DNA of 64,000 nt from Candidatus Heimdallarchaeum aukensis (GTDB lineage: Archaea > Asgardarchaeota > Heimdallarchaeia > Heimdallarchaeales > Heimdallarchaeaceae). This document shows, one piece after another, positions 1 to 9,083 of the stretch (its first letter is position 1; every line of letters begins with the position of its first letter). Made by a program: the position numbers and the translations under genes. The notes below the pieces were generated by a model. That model worked only from the letters and a program-made list of their open reading frames with translations. It searched no databases and was not told the origin of the DNA. The stretch covers positions 1,024,001 to 1,088,000 of the forward strand of contig CP084166.1 of NCBI GenBank assembly GCA_021513695.1, read 5' to 3'.

Positions 1-802
1 GCCAGAATTTTATCTCCTTACTTGTTAATTTCTTTTTAGGGGTTAGTAACACTCCTGCAGCAGGAATGTTTATCCCTAGATCTATTCCCAGCACAGCTGG
101 GGGGAGAGAAGAAGAATTCTCTTCTTTAGGAGGATAAAAAGAAGAAGGAAGAACTCTTAGTTGGAAATACACCCACCATTCATGTGTAGAACGTTTATAT
201 CTTAGTTCTAAACTTTTCACCCTCCCTTTTTTTAACTCTTTCTGGTGGAAAGTGCTCATCTCTAAAGGTAACCATAACTTCTGATGATAGGAGGTGTTTC
301 TTCTCCACGTATCTAACGAGTCTCTTATCCCCACCCACCAACGAGTGAGAGTGTTATTCTTCTCTTTAGGTAAATGGACGAGAACGAACCTCTTTGCATT
401 AATTAGTTGTCTTCTCACTCTCTTTATTGGAGGACGAGTAGAACTGGGTTTATAACCTTGTTCGTATAATTGCACAGCTATATCTCTACATTCTTGAAAT
501 TCGTTGTGGGAACAATAAGGGAACATTTTCTTCAGGTCGTGAGGAACAGTCTTTCTTCTCTCTTCTTCTTTAACTTTTGAAGTCGTTAGCGTCAATTCAT
601 CTAGTTTTCCTCTATGAACTCTTATTTTCCCTTTTTTAGTTTTAGCACATATTTTTCTTCTGTTGTGATGAATTATTCTCACATACTTCTCTATTATCCT
701 CGTGTCTCTCCCCGTTATTCTCCTTAACCTTTCCTTTTTCCTCGTCGTCAACACCTCATTCTTTATTCTCACTTTCAAGGTTTTGACGACGTCCTCCACC
801 AT
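1..802 (-). CDS. tnpB: IS200/IS605-family TnpB (OrfB)-like protein, N-terminal ~267 codons. The ORF runs off the window start, which is why it is absent from the ORF track (no stop inside the window).
   Basis: Own minus-strand translation. ATG at 800-802 gives MVEDVVKTLKVRIKNEVLTTRKKERL...FPYCSHNEFQECRDIAVQLYEQGYK...RYKRSTHEWWVYFQLRVL...PAVLGIDLGINIPAAGVLLTP with no stop down to position 1. The KTLKVRI start resembles the TnpB N-terminus (K.YKFRLYPT) and GIDLGI resembles the RuvC-I motif. A GTG at ~691-693 is an alternative start. Confidence 0.55.
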   Translation of the reverse strand, partial: MVEDVVKTLKVRIKNEVLTTRKKERLRRITGRDTRIIEKYVRIIHHNRRKICAKTKKGKIRVHRGKLDELTLTTSKVKEEERRKTVPHDLKKMFPYCSHNEFQECRDIAVQLYEQGYKPSSTRPPIKRVRRQLINAKRFVLVHLPKEKNNTLTRWWVGIRDSLDTWRRNTSYHQKLWLPLEMSTFHQKELKKGRVKSLELRYKRSTHEWWVYFQLRVLPSSFYPPKEENSSSLPPAVLGIDLGINIPAAGVLLTPKKKLTSKEIKFW

Positions 803-960
803 TCTTTTCCTTCCTTCTTTTCTTTTTCTGTTTATTTTTTCTCTTGTTTTTTCTTCTTATCTTTTTTTATTCTACTTTTTTTCCCTATAAAAACCCCTCT
901 CCTCTTTCTCCTCTCCTTTCTTCTCTTTTTTCTCTCCTTCTTCCTCAACAACTGTAAATT
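700..960 (+). repeat. Strand-asymmetric polypyrimidine (CT-rich) low-complexity tract, purine-rich on the minus strand.
   Basis: Seen directly as runs such as ctcctttcttctcttttttctctccttcttcctc. The short ORFs 702..890 and 832..1059 are composition artefacts. Confidence 0.8.
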
Positions 961-973
961 ACGTGAAAAATAG

Positions 974-2553
974 ACACATGGTGACACAGGAAAAATAAAA
1001 TGGAAATTTAAAACTGGGGGATCAATAAGAGCATCTCCAGCTCTAGGAGATCTTAACAATGATGGCTATCTGGATATAGTTATAGGGTCTTCTGATTCTT
1101 ATTACTATGCATTTAATGGAAGAACTAGGACAATCCTCTGGACACTCAAGACAGAACTAATAATAGGGGGAACTGCTCCAACATTGGCAGACGTTGATGG
1201 GGATAACGAACTAGATGTCCTACTTAATGGTAAAAATGTGTATCTTGTTGGAGGAAGAAAGGGCAATTTAATCTCTATTTATAATCAAAATGAAGAGGTT
1301 GGAACTTCTATCACTGTTGGTGATTTGGATAATGATGGCAGTTTTGAGATGATATATGGTTCCAAAAGTGGAAACGTTTTTTGTTATACGATTACTAATT
1401 CTGATAAAACAAGTTATAGGATCTATTGGCAGGGGGATGGTGGTGATTTCTTCAATTCTGGAAACAGTTTTACAATAGATAAAGATGGAGATACTGTTTC
1501 TACTTTCTCTGAAAAAATTATTGGAACAGACCCAGAAAAAAGGATACGGATGGAGATTTTCTTATAGATGGATATGAAATATCTGCTACTAAAACAGACC
1601 CCTTAGTTCAAGATTCAGATAATAATAATATCGGAGACCAGAATGAAGATTTTGATGGTGATGGGTTAACAAACCTAGAAGAATATAAGAAAAAAACAGA
1701 TCCTTTGAGTAGAGACACAGATGAAGATTTTATACCAGATAAAATTGATATTTTCCCAATTTTGTTTCCAGAAGGTTTAATTTATCTCTCTCTATTCTTT
1801 CTTTTATCAATATTAATAGTTTCTACAATAGTAAAAAAGAGAATAGAAAATAAAGGCGATAAAAATGAAAGTCTTATTCTTAAATTTAAAATGAAAAGAA
1901 ATCAAATATTATCAGAGATATCTTGGAAAGGCTCTTATAATAATTACAAAAGTGTTCATTTACAAGCTTTTAGATGGTTTGGAATTTTTGCTATTTCATC
2001 TGCAATAATGATTAATTTTATCATTTATCCACTTTTTAAAACAGAAATTGTTTACCATGATATTGTAAAAACAAGCTATTCTACAGTTATCTATGTTTTA
2101 ATTAATGTTATTTATTTTGCGTTATTTTATTTATTAGGTTCTGGTTTTTACTCGCTAGGGTTTTCAAGTAATGGAGTAACTTTTAGCTATGATTCTATTG
2201 CTACAAACTTGTTTCTTTCTTCTCTTATCATTTTAAGCATTTCTTTCGTAAAAGTATCAATAAACTTAATTTTACTTCCAATTTTAACTTATTTACTTAC
2301 ATCTGCTTTCATCACACTTTATAATATACGAAAGGAAAAGATTACTAATAGTAATAATCTCTTAAACTTTGTTTTCATCCTTTTTCCAATATCTTTTCTA
2401 TCTCTTTTATGGTATCAAACGCTTTCTTTCTATTTTGCTATTCCACAACAAATTTTGAGGATAATTTCTTTGATAACAGGAGTGTTAATGTTTCTTCTAG
2501 CACTAGAAATCTTTACATTATCTACTCTGAATTCTCGTGAAAAAACAAAATAA
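974..2553 (+). pseudogene. Surface protein remnant with FG-GAP-like beta-propeller repeats, thrombospondin-type-3-like Asp-rich Ca-binding repeats and a C-terminal polytopic membrane domain. It is 5'-truncated with no start before TTG 1184, and it is frameshifted at an A6 run.
   Basis: The frame is open from 974, just after TAG 971-973, and encodes GDLNNDGYLDIVIGS, ADVDGDNELDVLLNG and GDLDNDGSFEMIYGS blades without any start codon. ORF 1184..1567 ends ...TDPEKRIRMEIFL*. Reading the A6 tract 1536-1541 as A7 joins it to the frame of ORF 1705..2553, giving ...TDPEKKDTDGDFLIDGYEIS...DFDGDGLTNLEEYKKKTDPLSRDTDEDF..., followed by a ~240-aa multi-TM tail. Confidence 0.55.
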
Positions 2554-2990
2554 AGAGCATTTGAAATCTAACAATTCTAGTACTCCTTTCTAATTTTTTT
2601 ATCTCACATAGATAATAGTTAGTTGTAATGTTTGAAAACAGGTTGTGAATAAAGTAATAATAGCTCCTCTGTCATTGATTATGCAATAAGTATAATCTTC
2701 CATATTCTTGACATTACATCTTATCTCTCAAATATGATTATCTATATGAACTCATTTCTTTAAACAAACTATCTTCATTTGCTTATTTTTGTAAATAGTA
2801 CATAATTTCCTATTATTAAGACAACAAAAATCTCCTAAAAAGTTCGGTAATACATGATTGAAAGAAGTCGATTGATGGAGAAATCCTGGTGATTAACTTC
2901 TTGAGAGATACTAATTAATTATTTTCGAGCAAATGCTCAAGAAAATGATTATTCTTCTTGGAACTCTTTAAACTACAAGACAGAGTAATT

Positions 2991-4031
2991 TTATGCTCTT
3001 TCACATTTATTTTTTTCATTATTTTCTACAATACATAGTTCTAGAAGTATATCATACGTTTTTATCATCTCTCTCATAGTTTTTAACATTATTGGGTAAA
3101 GACGCATAATACTATGATTCTTTGTATATTTATAATCTGAATGATAATTAGGATAACGCGAAGCACCAACATGTTTTTCCAAATTCATGCTTAAAATAAC
3201 TATATATGCAAACAGTAGTATAAGATAAAGATAACTTTCTATTTGTACTAACCAATCTTCTTTCTGAATTTGTGTGATAAATTCTTCTCTCAACATTCTT
3301 CGCTCATCAGTTTGCAATTTGATATTATATTCTTGTTCGATTGTTTGAATGACATAGTCTGTTATGCTAATGAACTCTTCTTTCACAATTTTATCAAAAT
3401 TTTCTTTTCTTATGGATTTTATTCCTTTCCTAAATAATGAAAACAGCTTGTTGTATTTAATTAATATTTCCTTTAATGTAGTGTGTTCAAGATACAGAGT
3501 TTCTTCTGATTTCCTTTTTTGCTCATAATCACTCAAATATTTATCAATTGCTTCTATAATGCTTAAAAATCCTTCTCTTTGGTTATCATTAGAATAATCA
3601 GCTAAAGATTCATAGAGATCTTTTAGTTTTTCGAAGAAGAATTTAGTAAAAGTATGTCCAACTTTTATAAGCCGTTCAGTTTGACACAGTCCAGTAAGTA
3701 GAAGTAGTGATTTTCCTAATTTCTCAACAGATTGTTGGAGGAAGAAAATAGACTGTGCATATAGTTTCTTGTGATATAGAATTTTTGAAGCTCTTAAATC
3801 CTCTTCAGCAGTATCTAACAGTCCTAAAGCTGATATTAAATCTCTCTTTTCTGGTGGGATCTCATACTGTGATCCATATTTTAATTGCCATATTAATTGC
3901 CTTTTGATATCTTCTATATCTGTTTCTTGTAATGCAATTTTGTCATTATTATCATTCATTAAATAGCACTGATGGTTAATATTTAAATAATTAATGGCAA
4001 CTATTATCATAATGCAATAAAAATCGAGCAT
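2991..4031 (-). CDS. HEPN-domain protein. The likely true start is the internal Met MNDNNDK near 3959.
   Basis: DLRASKILYHKK carries an Rx6H motif. It is followed by AQSIFFLQQSVEKLGKSLLLL, matching the QxxEKxxK helix typical of HEPN. Confidence 0.5.
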   Translation of the reverse strand: MLDFYCIMIIVAINYLNINHQCYLMNDNNDKIALQETDIEDIKRQLIWQLKYGSQYEIPPEKRDLISALGLLDTAEEDLRASKILYHKKLYAQSIFFLQQSVEKLGKSLLLLTGLCQTERLIKVGHTFTKFFFEKLKDLYESLADYSNDNQREGFLSIIEAIDKYLSDYEQKRKSEETLYLEHTTLKEILIKYNKLFSLFRKGIKSIRKENFDKIVKEEFISITDYVIQTIEQEYNIKLQTDERRMLREEFITQIQKEDWLVQIESYLYLILLFAYIVILSMNLEKHVGASRYPNYHSDYKYTKNHSIMRLYPIMLKTMREMIKTYDILLELCIVENNEKNKCERA

Positions 4032-4183
4032 CTGCTCTTTAAAATGAGAAACTATTTTATATTAAAAACTCTTAATTGGTTTTAAAACATGATAATTAAA
4101 GAAAAAAGAATAATTAAATCCTTCTATTTAACTATAAGGAGGAGTAAATAAACATAAAAAAATTGTGAGTAGAAGGGAAATAT

Positions 4184-5419
4184 ATGTCATTTAATTTTGA
4201 AGTTAAAAATACAATTGCATCCTTAAGGCAATCAAGGTTGAAGCTTGGCAATGTAGAAATAGAAACACCAAATTATATAATGACACATATTGAAACTAGA
4301 CGACTTACTACAGGGTATAATCTTGTTGGGAGTCGTGAGCCTAACCCAAAACTGAATGAATTAATTAGTGATCATATACCTGATAGATTAACTGCACAAA
4401 AAATATTTGAAAACTCCGATGAAATAGAAAAATTATGTAACAAGCTAGATAACTTGACTAAATCTGATCGGATGAATTTTGTTCAATTTCGTTTGAAGGC
4501 TGGAAATGAAATTAGCAAATATGAATTATGTCAAATTGTTAGGTTGCAGTCTGATATGAACAAATTTTCCATTATAACAATACCTGATCCTACTTGTTCA
4601 TATAATAACTCTTGGATTGATTCTATGGAAGCAGCTCTCTATGAGGCTAAGGTTTCACAAGAAGTTGGAACATCGGAACTATTTATGCCTACTGTTTCGC
4701 TTGCTCAGCCTTTATTGGATGTGGAAAAGAAAATTTCGTGGTTAATAGATAAGCAAGTTCCATCCATTGGATTAAGAGCACACGGGCCACATTTTCCAGC
4801 TACTTTGCACAAATCAACAAATCTGATTACACAATCAGATAATCCGATTTGGATTCATCTGTTTGACTTATCCAAAAAATATAAGAATGTGTCCCAACTG
4901 CATTTGGCACCTTTGACAAGTGTTGATACTATTTCCTTGAAAAAAAAACATGGGTATAGCAGCAGCAAGAAAAATATTATGGATGGTTTATTGCCAACAC
5001 CAGAGAATATATCTTTAGAACCAACTGCTAGGGAAATAGAAGAACAAAAGGTCAGAGAGATAAAGCGTAGTCAACGGTTTTTGTTTGAGCAATTAGCTTT
5101 AGGTTACATTTCTATAAATGAGCGGACTAAATGGATTGGTCATGAACTTTCTTGTACTTGTCCCATTTGTAAAAAGACAAAAGATATAGATACCTTTAGG
5201 ATTTATCTCTCAACACATGATAAAAACTCACTTCTACAAGTGCATGAATATACTGGTTTTAACCAGGAAATGTTGGCAATTAGAAAAAATATTAGGGATA
5301 ATGATATCTCAGAGTATTTTAGACAAAAAATATTAGTAAAACGACATAGACGCAAACTATCTAAAAGATATCCTGAGCTTGAAAGGTTTATTAATCCGCC
5401 TTTAGATAGTTACTTCTGA
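4184..5419 (+). CDS. TGT-superfamily transglycosylase (queuine/archaeosine tRNA-ribosyltransferase fold) without a PUA domain. It is a DpdA-like candidate.
   Basis: The N-terminus MSFNFEVKNTIASLRQSRLKLGNVEIETPNYIM matches the TGT start (F.F.i..R.g.l.l..g.ieTP.fMpv). The zinc motif SCTCPICKK...STHDKNSLLQVHEY has the CxCxxC...H pattern. The tail VHEYTGFNQEMLAIRKNIRDNDISEYFRQ parallels bacterial TGT (EHNIAFYQQLMQKIRDSISEGRFSQFAQ). IPDPTCSY and IHLFDLS are candidate equivalents of the catalytic TDSGG and MFDCV segments. Confidence 0.65.
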   Translation: MSFNFEVKNTIASLRQSRLKLGNVEIETPNYIMTHIETRRLTTGYNLVGSREPNPKLNELISDHIPDRLTAQKIFENSDEIEKLCNKLDNLTKSDRMNFVQFRLKAGNEISKYELCQIVRLQSDMNKFSIITIPDPTCSYNNSWIDSMEAALYEAKVSQEVGTSELFMPTVSLAQPLLDVEKKISWLIDKQVPSIGLRAHGPHFPATLHKSTNLITQSDNPIWIHLFDLSKKYKNVSQLHLAPLTSVDTISLKKKHGYSSSKKNIMDGLLPTPENISLEPTAREIEEQKVREIKRSQRFLFEQLALGYISINERTKWIGHELSCTCPICKKTKDIDTFRIYLSTHDKNSLLQVHEYTGFNQEMLAIRKNIRDNDISEYFRQKILVKRHRRKLSKRYPELERFINPPLDSYF

Positions 5420-5447
5420 GATATTTATCCAAGAAAAGGTGATATAA

Positions 5448-6059
5448 ATGAATCAAAAAGCGACAAAAAATATGTCGGAAGAAGAAAATAAAATGATAAA
5501 AAAATGGATCTATTTAATGTTAGCTGCAGATAACAATAGTTCAATCAAAGGAAAAGTTAGAATAACTAAAGAATTCTTTTTGATTACCAAGCAGTTAGCT
5601 CCTGAAGTATTTAAGGCAGCTCAATTCTATCCTTATCACTTTGGGCCTTATAGTACTCGTTTTGCTGTTTGTGTTAACGAACTGATTAAAAGTAATCATA
5701 TTAATATATTGTATAAAAGTGGAGATTATCATTATGAGTTGTCAAAAAAAGGTTTAGTTGAAGCTAAAAAATATTTGAAAACAATCCCTAAGAAAGAAAA
5801 ACAAGTAATTGATGATATTAAGAAAAAAAGTAAGTCTCAATCTTTAAAATCAATGTTAAAAGAAATTTACGAAAAATATCCTAAGTATACAGTTCGTTCT
5901 GTTATTAAAGCAGATCTTGATACTAAAAAAGTAAACTTAGATTCTGTAGAAAAAGTAGATGATAGTTCAGGGTTTGTTTCAAGTGATATGAAACATGAAC
6001 GTGACATCGTCTTGAAAGGTGAAGCTGCAAAAAGATTTCTAGAAATAATCTCAAAGTGA
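5448..6059 (+). CDS. Putative antitoxin partner of the downstream GNAT toxin. It is unusually long at 203 aa and has a DUF1778/TacA-like C-terminal tail.
   Basis: It ends 8 nt before the GNAT gene. Its C-terminal KHERDIVLKGEAAKRFLEIISK resembles the DUF1778 tail (ERD.VLL..EA..RFL..L). A possible winged-helix region lies at the N-terminus. Confidence 0.4.
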   Translation: MNQKATKNMSEEENKMIKKWIYLMLAADNNSSIKGKVRITKEFFLITKQLAPEVFKAAQFYPYHFGPYSTRFAVCVNELIKSNHINILYKSGDYHYELSKKGLVEAKKYLKTIPKKEKQVIDDIKKKSKSQSLKSMLKEIYEKYPKYTVRSVIKADLDTKKVNLDSVEKVDDSSGFVSSDMKHERDIVLKGEAAKRFLEIISK

Positions 6060-6066
6060 TACATCA

Positions 6067-6570
6067 ATGACTAGTCATGAAGTAGAGTATAAAATTGAGA
6101 AACTAAATATATCTCATACTCTATTAGACTTTGATTGTGGTGATGAAAACGTTAATGAGTATTTTAATCAGAGAAGCTATGAAGAAGTTGAATTAGGTAA
6201 TGCTCAAATTTATGTGTTTATACTTGTGAATACAAATGACCTCATAGGTTTCTATACGCTTTCAATGAAATCTGTTCGTTTTAACTATGAAGGAAGAGAA
6301 TATGATCAACCTGTGTGTTTGCTTGGGCAAATTGGAGTAAATAAAATTTTCCAAAATAAAGGTTGGGGAACAATATTAATTAAAGATGCAAAGAAGAGAT
6401 GTAAAAAAATCTCAGAAGATATTGGAAGCATTGGTTTATTATTGGAAACATATAAAGAAGAATTAGTGAACGGGTTTTTCAAGAAACTTGGTTTCGAATA
6501 TGTTGAACATCACAAAATGAAAAACCGAGGTACAAGATATAGATTGTTTTGCAAACATGAACATGAATAG
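6067..6570 (+). CDS. GNAT-family acetyltransferase, TacT/AtaT/KacT-like toxin.
   Basis: HTLLDFDCGDENVNEYFNQRSYEE...DLIGFYTLSMKSV matches the H..FdCG...LN.yL...A...ivGyytL signature of GNAT toxins. The acetyl-CoA loop is QNKGWGT. The protein is 167 aa. Confidence 0.7.
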   Translation: MTSHEVEYKIEKLNISHTLLDFDCGDENVNEYFNQRSYEEVELGNAQIYVFILVNTNDLIGFYTLSMKSVRFNYEGREYDQPVCLLGQIGVNKIFQNKGWGTILIKDAKKRCKKISEDIGSIGLLLETYKEELVNGFFKKLGFEYVEHHKMKNRGTRYRLFCKHEHE

Positions 6571-6624
6571 AAAAAGGAGAAATGGATATAAAACAGCTTA
6601 CTCTATTTAAAGCTTAAAGCTATT

Positions 6625-6666
6625 TTTGAATATTATTCTTTACTTTTTTCTAGCTCTAATCCTCTC
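6625..6666. repeat. Copy 1 of a 42-bp direct repeat, tttgaatattat[t/c]ctttacttttttc[t/c]agctctaa[t/c]cctctc.
   Basis: It is 39/42 identical to 9084..9125. All three mismatches are T/C transitions. Confidence 0.8.
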
Positions 6667-6901
6667 TTCTTGTTTAATTACTGTAAGTATAATTACTTGT
6701 TCGAGTGTAAGATTGTTGAAGTTCAGTTCAGTACCTAAATCATCCAAAAAAATAGTTATTTAATAGGAATTTATATTTAACTCGAAAAAATCCCATTTTT
6801 AATATTTCTTTATGAAAGTATTTTCAATAAACGGAAAGTTTGCTACAAGAACTCGAAGAGTTTTCTATTACTATTGCAATCCTTCTTTTTTAAAATGTAA
6901 T

Positions 6902-7354
6902 TTATTGTATAGAATCTATGAACCTCTTTAAATCCTCTTCTGGTAAATCAGTATATTTCTTATATCTCTTGAATTTTTTACTGAAGAATTTTATATCAAC
7001 ATAAATTTGTATTTTCTCTTTGCCTTCAATTTGTTTTCTGTCTGTTACAGGAAAAGTTGCCCAATATAACTTGTATTCTTTTGAATGCTTAAGTTCATAT
7101 TGTTGTTGTTTTGGTCTTATCTTTCCTTGATACTCAACACTATCAATTATCATTTTTATGTCCAACAGAAACATGAGTGTAGAAGCAGTTCCAGCATTAA
7201 TTATGTAAAGTCCCCATTCTTTTGCTTGTGGGTTGAATATTGGTCCAGATAAGTTTAGCGAAGCTCTTTTTGGTCTAAAGAAGGATAGGTATACTGTTAC
7301 AACTGACAGAAAAATAGATATTGTAGAGAATATTAATGAGACTACTTCTGTCAT
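6902..7354 (-). CDS. Hypothetical protein with an N-terminal transmembrane helix, 150 aa.
   Basis: ORF with hydrophobic N-terminus VVSLIFSTISIFLSVVTVYLSFF and no recognisable motif. It lies inside the direct-repeat-bracketed cassette. Confidence 0.4.
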   Translation of the reverse strand: MTEVVSLIFSTISIFLSVVTVYLSFFRPKRASLNLSGPIFNPQAKEWGLYIINAGTASTLMFLLDIKMIIDSVEYQGKIRPKQQQYELKHSKEYKLYWATFPVTDRKQIEGKEKIQIYVDIKFFSKKFKRYKKYTDLPEEDLKRFIDSIQ

Positions 7355-7589
7355 AAATACTAATACACATTATCAATTAATTAACAGTTCGGTATATTGT
7401 TTCACCCATGGCACATTCACCCCAAGATAAAATACTGAACCATTAGATGTTGGATCAATTGGTAAGGAGATCCTAAAGATTAAAGAGTAGTTTGATTTAG
7501 AGATTATTACTATAAATAATACTTATGTTGCTTTGTTTTGTAATGTTAAAAAACAAGTGATAAGCCAAATTTAAGGTTACTAAGTCTAA

Positions 7590-8933
7590 TTATTCCTCAT
7601 GAAGTAAAGGTGTTTCTAAAAGGACATTTGTTAAGTCGATATTGTTAGGGTTTATTTTTTTTGGATAAACAAAAGAGAAGTGGCAGACGTAAGATTTGTT
7701 GTTTCTTATTATTTTGATCCAAACATTTTCTGGTTTTTCCATTATTATTCTTAACATCCATGATGTATTTTCTTCTGATACTCTAAGCAAGGCATAAAGA
7801 GTTCTTTTTTTTAATTCTAGTGTCTTATACTTTTCGAATTTTTCTTTTAACTGTTCTGCGTTCCCCCAAAAAAGGTTGGGAAAAACTTTTTCATCTTTAT
7901 CAAATACTATTGTTATCTCTTTTATTTTATTGTACTCTGAAATATCTTTCAAGATTTCCTTCTTTTCATCAATAGGGATTCTTTGTTGAATACCTCTAGA
8001 TTTTCTTAAAATTTGATCGAGGAGAAACCATATTGAATTGTCCATATATTTAATAAACGAATTAATTTCCATTTTAAATGCAACTTCTGTTTTTTGTATT
8101 TCTACATTACCTTTTTTATTTATCCAACCGTTTATTTTAAAATAAGAAAAACGAGGATCGACATATTCGAAAGATTGTTTGGGTGGAAAGGTTTTTCCAT
8201 TTTTTCTTGCCAAAGTTATTGCATCTTCTATCCATAATTTGAAATTGGTATTTGCTGACCTTGCGGGAATTTTGTCAATAATAACCCATATCTCATCGTT
8301 ATTGAAATCCAGAACTTTTTTACCACTATGTGTAACAGTATTACGTAAGTATAGAAACACACTGAATGCAAGTGATGGATTGATATATTTATCTGAATAG
8401 GGCTCGTAATGTCTAATTAGTTCATCAAAAATACGTTCATACCTATATCGTTTTAATTCGGGAAGATTATTTAAATACGCTTCTGTGAATCTTGAAGTTA
8501 GTTCCAAAAGTTCCAGACCAGCTGAAACATATGTTTCAAAGAGACATATAAAAAGGAACTTTATAGTTGGTATTTTAGTCCAATCAAATCGTATTTGATA
8601 ATACTCTATTTGGTCTCTTACTAATTGGAAGTACGCAAGTCTATATTTAATGCTGTTTAATGTTTCAATATACCTTCCTTTTTTCACTAATTCATTAATA
8701 TGAAAAACTAGTAAACTGTAGTCTCTTGATTCGTTATGTGCTTCCAGATAGTATGAAAACATACTCAAAACGCCAAGACTTGTATCAAGAACATGCCGAG
8801 AAATACTAATTTCTTTTTTTTCTTTTTTTTCTTTTAACGAATTAAAAAACTCATATTCGTTAAGCAAAATTTTTAACAAAAGTTCATGAGATTCTTTACT
8901 TTCTATTTCTTGCTTATCCTTATTTTGATTCAT
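7590..8933 (-). CDS. Hypothetical protein, 447 aa.
   Basis: Long ORF inside the direct-repeat-bracketed cassette. No motif recognised by eye. Confidence 0.5.
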   Translation of the reverse strand: MNQNKDKQEIESKESHELLLKILLNEYEFFNSLKEKKEKKEISISRHVLDTSLGVLSMFSYYLEAHNESRDYSLLVFHINELVKKGRYIETLNSIKYRLAYFQLVRDQIEYYQIRFDWTKIPTIKFLFICLFETYVSAGLELLELTSRFTEAYLNNLPELKRYRYERIFDELIRHYEPYSDKYINPSLAFSVFLYLRNTVTHSGKKVLDFNNDEIWVIIDKIPARSANTNFKLWIEDAITLARKNGKTFPPKQSFEYVDPRFSYFKINGWINKKGNVEIQKTEVAFKMEINSFIKYMDNSIWFLLDQILRKSRGIQQRIPIDEKKEILKDISEYNKIKEITIVFDKDEKVFPNLFWGNAEQLKEKFEKYKTLELKKRTLYALLRVSEENTSWMLRIIMEKPENVWIKIIRNNKSYVCHFSFVYPKKINPNNIDLTNVLLETPLLHEE

Positions 8934-9083
8934 TTGTTATTAATATTATTTTATAACAAAATAAAAAAGTTTAGTTAAATATTACTGTGCAATTCTTCCT
9001 CTATTTTGATAAATAAATGAACTAGAATAATTTTCTTTCCAAGAATAAACTGCCTTTAAGGATAGTTAATAAGTAGTTAAAGG

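Noticed and set aside
674-716. A possible third, degenerate copy of the 42-bp direct repeat (gaattattctcacatacttctctattatcctcgtgtctctcccc), also followed by a CT tract.
   Set aside because: Only about 70% similar, and it lies inside the TnpB-like reading frame. It is suggestive but too weak to call without a computed alignment.
702-1059. Track ORFs 702..890 (+) and 832..1059 (-) inside the CT-rich tract.
   Set aside because: Their translations are pure low-complexity (S/L/F-rich or K/R/E-rich). They are artefacts of strand-asymmetric composition. The minus-strand frame here is better explained as the region upstream of the tnpB start.
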